Positions 1 through 10,800 of a DNA stretch of 64,000 bases are shown here, one piece after another (position 1 is the stretch's first letter; each line of letters begins with the position of its first letter). Source of the stretch: Ophelia neglecta (lineage: Eukaryota); NCBI GenBank assembly GCA_965285935.1, contig OZ260667.1, positions 71,486,001-71,550,000 on the forward strand. Reading direction: 5' to 3'. The position numbers and the translations under genes are program-made. Below the pieces are notes generated by a model, which did not search any database, was not told the DNA's origin, and saw only the letters and a list, made by a program, of their open reading frames with translations.

Positions 1-3000
1 GACCTCTTGGCCTTACAGGCGGCGCCCGGTAGGCTAACTCGGCTGGCGGCCTCTTTCCCCTCAACTTTCAATTGTCAAAACTGGGCCAAAAATCGCCGCA
101 TTTTGTAATTTTTTGGTCAGAAATTTGTTTCAGAGGTCAAGGAGAGTTGAATGGTGTCCTTAGATTTTGTGTGGATCGCGTAGTTTGGCCATTTCCTTAT
201 TCGAATTTGATTTTCAATGGGCGAAAATGAGACAAAAAACGCCGAATTTTGTAATTTTTCGGCTAGAAATTTGTTTTAGGGGTCATGGAGAGTTGAATGG
301 TTGCCTTAGATTTTGGGTGGATAGCGTAGTTTGGCCATTTCCTTATTCGATTTTGATTTTCAATGGGCAAAAACGGGCCAAAAATCGCCGAATTTTGTAA
401 TTTTTTGGTCAGAAATTCGTTTTGGAGGTCATTAAGAGTTGATTGGTGGCCTTATATTTTGGGTGGATTGCGTAGTTTGGCCATTTCCTTATTCGATTTT
501 GATTTTCAATGGGCAAAAACGGGCCAAAAATCGCCGAATTTTGTAATTTTTTGGTCAGAAATTCGTTTTGGAGGTCATGGAGAGTTGAATGGTGGCCTTA
601 GATTTTGGGTGGATAGCGTAGTTTGGCCATTTCCTTATTCGATTTTGATTTTCAATGGGCGAAAATAGGACAAAAAACGCCGAATTTTGTAATTTTTTGG
701 CCAGAAATTAGTTTTAGTGGCCATGGAGAGTTGAATGGTGGCCTTAAATTTCAGGTGGATTGCGTAGTTTGGCCATTTCCTTATTCGATTTTGATTTTCA
801 GTTGGCAAAAATATGCCAAAAATCGCCTAATTTTGTAATTTTTGGGTCAGAAATTTGTTTTAGGGGCCATGGAGAGTTGAATGGTGGCCTTAATTTTTGG
901 GTGGATTGCGTAGATTGGCCATTTCCTTATTCGATTTTGATTTTCAATGGGCGGAAATGGGCCAAAAATCGCCGAATTTCAAGTTTTTTGGGCCGGAAAT
1001 GTACTTTGGAGATAAAACATGGTTGATTTAGGTACTTTTAGAGTGATTTTTTAATCGTTTTTTGAATAAGGAACTAGGCTTTCGAACTAGGAACTGGCCA
1101 TTTCCTAGTTCCTAGTTCCTAGTTCCTAGTTCGACTTTGTGTTTTCAATGTGCAAATAATGGAGAAAAATCGCGTTGCCTTTGTGTCTAATGACCTGGTA
1201 GGTATACCAGGAAAGATAAGTCTTCATTAGAAGCCACTGGAAGTTGCCTGGAATTCTTAAAATGGATATTTACTTACTCTCGGCGATTAATGAATAGTGA
1301 ATCGGTTAAGTGCCATTTCCTAATTCATGGTGGGCCAGAAAATTTTGCCACGAGTACTTGTGTTTTATAGGCGTTTCACGCTCCCAGGATCATTTCTAGA
1401 TGGCCAATTTTGCATGTTTTTTCCCGCAAATTGTATACCCCCTCCGACCTCTTGGCCTTACCGGCGGCGCCCGGTAGGCTAACTCGGCTGGCGGCCTCTT
1501 TCCCCTCAACTTTCAATTGTCAAAACTGGGCCAAAAATCGCCGCATTTTGTAATTTTTTTGTCAGAAATTTGTTTCAGAGGTCAAGGAGAGTTGAATGGT
1601 GTCCTTAGATTTTGTGTGGATCGCGTAGTTTGGCCATTTCCTTATTCGAATTTGATTTTCAATGGGCGGAAATGGGCCAAAAATCGCCGAATTTCAAGTT
1701 TTTTGGGCCGGAAATGTACTTTGGAGATAAAACATGGTTGATTTAGGTACTTTTAGAGTGATTTTTTAATCGTTTTTTGAATAAGGAACTAGGCTTTCGA
1801 ACTAGGAACTGGCCATTTCCTAGTTCCTAGTTCCTAGTTCCTAGTTCGACTTTGTGTTTTCAATGTGCAAATAATGGAGAAAAATCGCGTTGCCTTTGTG
1901 TCTAATGACCTGGTAGGTATACCAGGAAAGATAAGTCTTCATTAGAAGCCACTGGAAGTTGCCTGGAATTCTTAAAATGGATATTTACTTACTCTCGGCG
2001 ATTAATGAATAGTGAATCGGTTAAGTGCCATTTCCTAATTCATGGTGGGCCAGAAAATTTTGCCACGAGTACTTGTGTTTTATAGGCGTTTCACGCTCCC
2101 AGGATCATTTCTAGATGGCCAATTTTGCATGTTTTTTCCCGCAAATTGTATACCCCCTCCGACCTCATGGCCTTACCGGCGGCGCCCGGTAGGCTAACTC
2201 GGCTGGCGGCCTCTTTCCCCTCAACTTTCAATTGTCAAAACTGGGCCAAAAATCGCCGCATTTTGTAATTTTTTTGTCAGAAATTTGTTTCAGAGGTCAA
2301 GGAGAGTTGAATGGTGTCCTTAGATTTTGTGTGGATCGCGTAGTTTGGCCATTTCCTTATTCGAATTTGATTTTCAATGGGCGAAAATGAGACAAAAAAC
2401 GCCGAATTTTGTAATTTTTCGGCTAGAAATTTATTTTAGGGGTCATGGAGAGTTGAATGGTTGCCTTAGATTTTGGGTGGATAGCGTAGTTTGGCCATTT
2501 CCTTATTCGATTTTGATTTTCAATGGGCAAAAACGGGCCAAAAATCGCCGAATTTTGTAATTTTTTGGTCAGAAATTCGTTTTGGAGGTCGTTAAGAGTT
2601 GAATGGTGGCCTTAAATTTTGGGTGGATTGCGTAGTTTGGCCATTTCCTTATTCGATTTTGATTTTCAATGGGCAAAAACGGGCCAAAAATCGCCGAATT
2701 TCGTAATTATTTGGTCAGAAATTCGTTTTGGAGGTCATTAAGAGTTGAATGGTGGCCTTATATTTTGGGTGGATTGCGTAGTTTGGCCATTTCCTTATTC
2801 GATTTTGATTTTCAATGGGCAAAAACGGGCCAAAAATCGCCGAATTTCGTAATTTTTTGGTCAGAAATTCGTTTTGGAGGTCATTAAGAGTTGAATGGTG
2901 GCCTTATATTTTGGGTGGATTGCGTAGTTTGGCCATTTCCTTATTCGATTTTGATTTTCAATGGGCAAAAACGGGCCAAAAATCGCCGAATTTCGTAATT

Positions 3001-4495
3001 TTTTGGTCAGAAATTCGTTTTGGAGGTCATTAAGAGTTGAATGGTGGCCTTATATTTTGGGTGGATTGCGTAGTTTGGCCATTTCCTTATTCGATTTTGA
3101 TTTTCAATGGGCAAAAACGGGCCAAAAATCGCCGAATTTTGTAATTTTTTGGTCAGAAATTCGTTTTGGAGGTCATGGAGAGTTGAATGGTGGCCTTAGA
3201 TTTTGGGTGGATTGCGTAGTTTGGCCATTTCCTTATTCGATTTTGATTTTCAATGGGCGAAAATAGGACAAAAAACGCCGAATTTTGTAAGTTTTTGGCC
3301 AGAAATTAGTTTAAGTGGCCATGGAGAGTTGAATGGTGGCCTTAAATTTCAGGTGGATTGCGTAGTTTGGCCATTTCCTTATTCGATTTTGATTTTCAAT
3401 GGGCAAAAATAGGCCAAAAATAGCCTAATTTTGTAATTTTTGGGTCAGAAATTTGTTTTAGGGGCCATGGAGAGTTGAATGGTGGCCTTAAATTTTGGGT
3501 GGATTGCGTAGTTTGGCTATTTCCTTATTCGATTTTGATTTTCCATGGGCAAAAATAGGCCAAAAATCGCCTAATTTTGTAATTTTTGGGTCAGAAATTT
3601 GTTTTAGGGGCCATGGAGAGTTGAATGGTGGCCTTAAATTTTGGGTGGATTGCGTAGATTGGCCATTTTCTTATTCGATTTTGATTTTCAATGGGCGGAA
3701 ATGGGCCAAAAATCGCCGAATTTCAAGTTTTTTGGGCCGGAAATGTACTTTGGAGATGAAACATGGTTGATTTAGGTACTTTTAGAGTGATTTTTTAATC
3801 GTTTTTTTGAATAAGGAACTAGGTTTTCGAACTAGGAACTGGCCATTTCCTAGTTCCTAGTTCCTAGTTCCTAGTTCGACTTTGTGTTTTCAATGTGTAA
3901 ATAATGGTGAAAAATCGCGTTGCCTTTGTGTCTAATGACCTGGTAGGTATACCAGGAAAGATAAGTCATCATTAGAAGCTACTGGAAGTTGCCTGGAATT
4001 CTTAAAATGGATATTTACTTACTCTCGGCGATTAATGAATAGTGAATCGGTTAAGTGCCATTTCCTAATTCATGGTGGGCCAGAAAATTTTGCCACGGGT
4101 ACTTGTGTTTTATAGGCGTTTCACGCTCCCAGGATCATTTCTAGATGGCCAATTTTGCATGTTTTTTCCCGCAAATTGTATACCCCCTCCGACCTCATGG
4201 CCTTACCGGCGGCGCCCGGTAGGCTAACTCGGCTGGCGGCCTCTTTCCCCTCAACTTTCAATGGGCGAAAAAGGGCCAAAAACCGCCGGATTTTGATTCT
4301 TTTTGGGCAGAAATGATCACTAGGGGTCATAAAGAGTGATATTGTGTGCTTAGATCTAGGTTAGTAGGTTTATTTCGAATAAGGAACTAGGAACTGGAAT
4401 TAGGAAATGGCTTGAGTTTCATTTCCTAATTCGAACTAGGAACTAGGAACTAGGAACTAGTAAATCACTTGAGTCTGCTTCATATAGACAGACTA
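1..4495. repeat. Complex tandem array (satellite) of 146-bp monomers in higher-order units; runs off the left edge of the window
   Basis: The anchor GACCTC(T/A)TGGCCTTAC recurs at 1, 1446, 2161 and 4191 (periods 1445, 715, 2030 = 715 + n x 146, +1 in the last). Monomer anchors (TTTCAAT-type) fall at 69, 215, 361, 507, 653, 799, 945; 1514, 1660; and 2229 to 3689 every 146 bp. Each unit ends in a ~201-bp (TTCCTAG)n-containing block plus a ~368-bp spacer. Confidence 0.97.
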
Positions 4496-4745
4496 TACAA
4501 ACATTGTCAGTCAGACGATACCATCAGTGTTTACTCCATTAGACGCAGTACAGGTTCCACTATATCATGGCCTGACGGGAGGCGGGTAATAATGCAAATC
4601 TGTTCTTTGCAACAATAATGATATGAATGTAAGAAAAATCTGTATTTTAAAGATGTTTTCATTTTCTAAACACTCCCTCCTACAAAATCTATGGTGAAGT
4701 ACTCAGGAAAATCCAAACATACTTGATGTATTTCCCTGTCAATAC

Positions 4746-4804
4746 ATAGATGGCGAGAGATGCACTTCTCAGTCTATAGATGGCGAGAGATGCACTTCTC
4801 AGTC
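4746..4804. repeat. Perfect tandem duplication, 30-bp period
   Basis: ATAGATGGCGAGAGATGCACTTCTCAGTC at 4746-4774 and 4776-4804. Confidence 0.9.
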
Positions 4805-5574
4805 GTGTTCGTGTCCCTACATACAAACGAAACCCACCTGAACAAAACTTCCAGGACCACGAGGGTGGGGATAAAATGATCTTACGAGCAACTAACCCTG
4901 TGTCTGCTGGCCTTAACTCGTAACGTTAGTAGTAATTGAGCCCCTCGACAAAATAATCTTTGAGGGAACATGGCATTCCACATAGTTGTTTAAGAAGTAA
5001 ATTGGCTTTTAAATAACTGCCACACTCATAATCAGCAGCGGCCTGATCTTCAAACCCGGTGTTTCTGTTTTGCCAGTAAGTCAAGTTCATCAAAGGCTTG
5101 AACTTTATCGTTCGAATAACAGCTCCTTGTGGAATACAAAGTTCAATTGGAGCCGTTGCAACCGGAGATAAGAAAAAGAAACATTTCGGAAGAAGTTTCA
5201 GGTATATAACGTGGTTTCAGGTATATAACGTTAACAAATTGATTATTTAATCTTGTTAACTTGTGTTAACTTAATAACGATGTGCATAGAGTGTAAATTC
5301 CATTCCAAACTTACATGTACGTTTACATTAAGCGTAATCATCCATATATTAACCTCTTAACTCTAAGCATCTTCTTAACCAATAAATGAAGCCAAAACTT
5401 AGTGTTGTCCCAGAAATTAGGCTTAAGCCGTCCAGAAAGGTGCATGCCCCCCGCTTCCTGGCTTCCGCCCCTCTAAATAGCCCACTCACATTGTTTGTCA
5501 CTATGGCTAATAAAATCTTGCCATCTAAGTCAACAATTCTTAGATAAGGTATGCACCCAGTCTTAATTAATCAA

Positions 5575-5794
5575 GGCCTGTTTTTGGAAGTGGTCTCAAG
5601 TCTCAATCCGGATTAAAAGCATGATTAAAATGCCTCATCGTTCTTAATTGCCTGAGCAGGGTTTCTGAAATCTAGATCTTAGACCGGGCCATTTTGGTCT
5701 TAAAATCAATCCTAGTCAATGGAAACTATTCTCAGCTAATCGGTAATAGGCTGATATATTCCCAATACTTAACAATGCTTCCGGAAGCCGGGCC
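5575..5794. mobile_element. PIF/Harbinger-like MITE, degenerate copy of the family at 36255-36491
   Basis: Colinear similarity to 36255-36491 (GGAAGTGGTCT, GGGTTTCTG, GCCATTTTGGTCTTAAA, TCAGCTAATCGGT). Ends are GGCCTGTTTTTGGAAG and CTTCCGGAAGCCGGGCC; flanks are CAA/CAG. Confidence 0.75.
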
Positions 5795-6618
5795 CAGACA
5801 CAAACAGCCACAGACCTAGCAGCCACAGACCCAACCCCCTAACAGGTAATAAGAAGTGGATTCTCAAGAGTAAACAATGTATTTAAATTGATATCAAACC
5901 CTGCCTACCTAAAACATGATTATATCTTGTGAGAGGGTATAAATTTGTTTTATTTTACTATTTTGTTGTCGACAAATGTGAAATGTTTTTACGTGGAATC
6001 TGGTTAATTATAAAGCAAAACGCGTGTGAAGGTACCGAGGTGTGACAGATTTCAAGCAAAATATTTATGTAATTCAGTTCGTAACATGATACAAAAACGA
6101 AGTATTTGCAATATTTGCATTCATTGGAAACAGAATATGTGTAAACAAGCAATCAATATTAATTCGGTCGTTGGGTGCCACATATTTCTCGACAATCTTC
6201 ATTGGAATGAGGTAAGTATTCTTATTACAATGACAATGATAGATGACGTGCTCTGTGGTGCTTTGCAGTCATGCTCTCATCAATCTTGTATTGGCAGGTT
6301 TATGCTACTGCAGCAGACACATGTCGAGTCTTTGACTCCGATAAGGACCAGTTTCTGTCGCCTATACGGCTAATTACTTCGGAAAATGCAAATCATCCTT
6401 TCACCCAATGTGGACGCTTAAAAAAGTGACTATAGTGGTGTGTTGAACATAGTGACTACATTTGTGGTGTTCATCTAAAGCAGATATGATTCCACTTCAA
6501 CCTTTCGTCGCACAAACTAGCACGACTACTAAATTGAATCAGTTCAAATAATACAGGCCCCGTCCTGAGGACTCGTCATTTAGAAATTTAATATATATAT
6601 CATACACACATTAAAGGA

Positions 6619-6832
6619 GAAATAAGATCAAAGTAGGTGTAAAAAAGGTATAATCTCCGAGCTTTCGACTGATACAGCCGTCATTAGGGTACACAAATTT
6701 CAAATGAGGATATACAAATATAAAAACTAGGAGATTATACCTTTTTATACCTTTTTTAGACCTACTTTGATCTTATTTCTCTTTTATTGTATTACTACAG
6801 AGGTGTGCACAGCGGATGCAACTTATATTTTG
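6619..6832. mobile_element. Penelope-like element (PLE) remnant: inverted pseudo-LTR arms with 13-bp TSD
   Basis: Direct repeat ACACATTAAAGGA at 6606-6618 and 6833-6845. Inverted arms at ~6617-6658 and 6730-6781 differ by one substitution and a 10-bp duplication. A hammerhead motif adjoins the left arm. Confidence 0.8.
6655..6690 (-). ncRNA. Minimal type I hammerhead ribozyme motif (G5A variant, probably inactive)
   Basis: The minus strand reads ACC-CTAATGA-C-GGCTG-TAT-CAGTC-GAAA-GCTC-GGAG. This is a CUGANGA core with G5>A, a 5-bp stem II, GAAA, a palindromic AGCT stem III and a UC cleavage site. Stem I is only ~2 bp. Confidence 0.7.
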
Positions 6833-7654
6833 ACACATTAAAGGATTTGCTCTAGATTTATAGACCAAATGACATTCTGACTATTCACGTAATAAGTTAC
6901 AACACGCACCATTAGATGTTTATTATTATTGTATTTCCGGCGGCAGGATTAATTTGTTTAGTTAGACGTTAAAAATCTGACAGGAAGGTGTACATTGCTT
7001 TAAAAATTCCTGTGGAAACAACGGTCGGTGGGGGGATGCTTGTAGCTGGCGGAAGGACATTGTCGGTTATCTGGAAGAGGTGTTAGCTCGGACTAATATG
7101 ACTATTAAAGCGTTTTCATTCATTATTATTTGAATTAAAAGTTAATTCACTGTTTGAATGCTGGATATTGATTATTTACATGTTGATTTGTAATTGAATA
7201 CTAGTGACTAAAGATTTAACTTTGTCTGTCGGGTGTCCACTCCCGGTTTTGCTGACTTTTCTTGCTAATTGAGGTTCCGGAAGCTAGATTTAGCCTTAAA
7301 TCTAGTAACTTCGGTCATAAGTGGACCTGATTACTTCAGGAACTGGGATTTAAGATACGCTTGAGGACCTGACCGTCCCCAGAGTTAATTCTTTTGAGAA
7401 ATTTGGTGAAAGCAGACGCATTGTCATCGACCCTACGATAATCCAATTTCCAAAAAGAAGGGTTTATTGATTGTCCAAAACCTGTTTGAAGTGAGATATT
7501 GCTGTTGGCGTTGACGGATACATCAACAATAAGCTGTCTTCAAAAGACCTTAAATAGATAAAATAGGCAAGCAATCACTTAAGCGGAAGTAATAGTACGT
7601 CACTGCCCTGTTTATAGCCGCCAGGCGTGTATGTGAAGACTTAGATTCCGCGGG

Positions 7655-7875
7655 CACAGTGACCACCCGAGGTAGGAATCTGTTTGTATAGAAGTCATGA
7701 TAATCCAGTTCTTGTAGAGATTAACCCGTATATTGCCATTATACCCCGATTGAGGTAGTGACCTACATGTATATTCGTCATGACAGCCCACTTGAGATAG
7801 AGATCTACTTGAATGGTGGTCTTGACAACTCGCTTGAAGAAGAGATCTACCTATATAGTTGTCATGGCAACCCAC
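7655..7875. repeat. Degenerate minisatellite, ~41-42-bp unit, ~5 copies
   Basis: GTCATG-like anchors at ~7695, 7736, 7778, 7819 and 7861, with recurring TAGAGATCTAC-like motifs. Confidence 0.7.
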
Positions 7876-10800
7876 AACGCCTTCATTGTATAATTGGAAT
7901 GATAATTATTAATCAGTTCATAATAAAGCTCGCGGTCAAGCGTTGTTTAATCTGAAAAATCATATTTAAGTGAATCGTGAAGCCGTACATTTGATTGATA
8001 TGAGACCATTATTAAAGTCTAGTATTGATAGGTATACACTATAAATTCACCTTACAAAGAAACAAATTAAAAACCAATGTAATTATTACTTTTAGGGAAC
8101 AATACATTTAACTTCAATGCTGTTGTCGGGGCTTGGGACGTCGGGGGTATATATCCATTCATGTTTTTTCCGACAATGGGAGAGCACATTAATTCATAAT
8201 ATCTCATAATATACATCTCATTCCCGTCAGTCGACGTCCTGAAACGAATGTGCCTACGTTAACATACTGAAAGAAGTTCCGACCAGCCAGCAAGGTAAAG
8301 CGACATAAATCATGTCCAACACGAAGAGAGGGCAAATGAAAGATCATAAGCGTCATTGACAGTGACACGGGAGAAACGTGTTTGAAGTGACTTAATGATA
8401 CCATTCAAATGGCCAAATTTGACTTTGTAGAAGGCTTCTACACAGTTTTTAAGTTGCCGTGTCGTTCTTTTACACATCCTGCCTGTGAAAATAGATTGAA
8501 AGAAATAATACCCAAACAAGCCTTGATCAATCCAGCTCATCAAAACATATTTGTGTTTGTGTTACCTTTCAACCAAAGGCATAAGCTGTAGTTGGTTTCC
8601 GCCGACGACAGTGATATGAATATTTAACTTGGAATTCAGTGGTACACACCGAAGGAAAATTGATATCAGCCACCCTAGTGTGAAAAATACGACTGAATGA
8701 AATGAGCAAAGTGTAAGAACAACACACACAATGCCGCAGAGACAGTGTATTGTTGGATGATGAATCAGATGATGAGTCGAGTTGCACTAACAAGGAGTAA
8801 GAAAACGTACAATACAATCTCATGATAAGTAAAATTTTAGCTGAGTGCCTTCATACAGTCTATCTAATAGATACACAAAACAAAGTGTATTGATACTTAA
8901 CGGGCATTAAACTGAAATCTAATTTTAAGATTTGAAAATTTCTATAACATGAATTAAGTAATCTGCATCAAGTGTAAACATGGTGGCATGTGGGGTGTAC
9001 GGTGAACGAGAAAAATACACTTTAAATAATAAAAATACATTAGTTTTGCCAGGTTTACCAGAAGAAATAACACACTGCATTCGAAGAGCTCCACACGTTA
9101 AAAACTGTCAAATTCTAAACGGCAATTTAATAAAACTGCTTGAATAGTCCCAAAAGTACAGTTTTCAGACGCACTGCAATACTTAGTGAGATTCAGAGTG
9201 CTAATACAGGGTGTGTCTTGTAAGAACAGTATAATCACGCTAATGAACCAATGGTGTTTCTGAATGATAATAACTTGTTAAGTAGTTTCTGCTTTGCTAG
9301 TTAGTTGAACATATTAATTTTCAACAAACAGCCAGCAGGGGGCACTGCATTTCTTAACTGAATTTGTTTTTATAACAGTTGGTATTAGAGATTGAAAAAT
9401 TAGCCTTATTGTTTTTCATAAGTTATTATTTAGCACAAGATCGTTCTAGGTGGGCCCTTGTTACACGGAGCAACCGGAAAGGCATACATCCGTAAAATTA
9501 CCATACACGCCCTATGTGTCAAATGATAAATATAATCTACGGCCGCAAGGAGTTCAAATGTAAGATGTGGATAATATTACAATTCGCCTTTTGACTTAGG
9601 ATAGTATGAATGGAAGCTTGTGATATCGACTCCACGATACCGACCCTGAAAACATACTTGCCACTCAACGGCCAGCAGGGAGTCAGTAAAATGAATGTGC
9701 GAGATTGAGAAAGAGCTCTTATGGGATTTCAATGCCACAAACAACGAGTTGATCGTATGATTCCGTCTATTTAATATAAAGATTATACTAAATTGTTTAA
9801 CCTGCTGACTTTAAGCAGACCTTAATCAGGTTCCTTTTATTTCAAGGAAGTTGAAAGCACATACGCAAAACCTCTTTCCTGCATGAAAACAAATGAAGCA
9901 CCCATTTGTATTTCAAAAACATGTAAATAGGTCTCCGAATCAACTTAATTTAATGGATTTTACTCGTCGCTTTTCGACCATCAACATACAGTGGTCTAGT
10001 ATGACCCTGACACTTTTTGTAATTCATGAGAAAGTGCAACATCAAACAAGAATGGAACCACTTTGGACAGACTAAGTATAGGTCCATTAACTATATTATT
10101 TATCACCACTTTCTGAGCTTGTGAAGGTCTTCTCCCTCTATTCTTACTGATATAGCAGGCCATTTTCCACTTAACACAGGCGCCTCCTTATTTAGAGGAC
10201 CCGTAAGTCACAGTTATGGTGCCATTTTATGTAATGTTATATTAGTGCCGTCTGGTTTCCTGCTTAGCTGTTCCAGGTTCAGATAATAGAATTGCTGGTA
10301 AAGCCTTCCATGAGACTCCACGTCCAGCAATAATAACCTCCTAGGTCAGGGTTGGCGGTTTGGCTTTGAAAACATTTTAGTAAAGGACGTTATTTCACTA
10401 TCGGAGATGTATTTCTACCACCCTCCCTCCCTTCCCCCGCCACACATTCTCACTCAGGTCAGTTGTTCTTTTTATGCATCGACTAATTGAGACAAAATGT
10501 AGCTAATTGTTACCTCTAGTGTATTAAATAAACAGAACATCTATCAGCCGAATGATGCCTATAGCTCATTTCTTTCTGAACTCTCAAGAAATTTGAAATG
10601 TTGATCCTCCTTATAAATCCTAGAAACATGTTAAAAAACATGTAACATATTTTCGGTTCTAGCCTAAAACATTTCCGTATTAGCTGACTTAATGAGAATC
10701 GTATTCCTGTGGAGTTAAAAAAGCCCAGCTGAACCTAGTGGCATGTATAAGGTTCCTCTCGGCAAACAGGGGGATGGATGTCCGTCACACTATTCAAAAC

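Noticed and set aside
1101-1134. (TTCCTAG)n as telomeric repeat
   Set aside because: Only four copies of a 7-mer that differs from TTAGGG. It derives from the monomer motif and occurs in both orientations.
167-4330. Repeated 69-101-aa ORFs in the satellite, as a repeat-protein gene
   Set aside because: The 146-bp unit is not a multiple of 3, so the same peptides rotate through frames with stops. This is an artefact of the array.
1-4460. CRISPR-like repeat/spacer array
   Set aside because: The sequence between conserved motifs is itself repeated rather than unique, there are no cas genes, and the context is eukaryotic.
8560-8800. Possible transposase C-terminus (KCKN..DDESDDE)
   Set aside because: It requires several frameshifts and the motif is too short to support.
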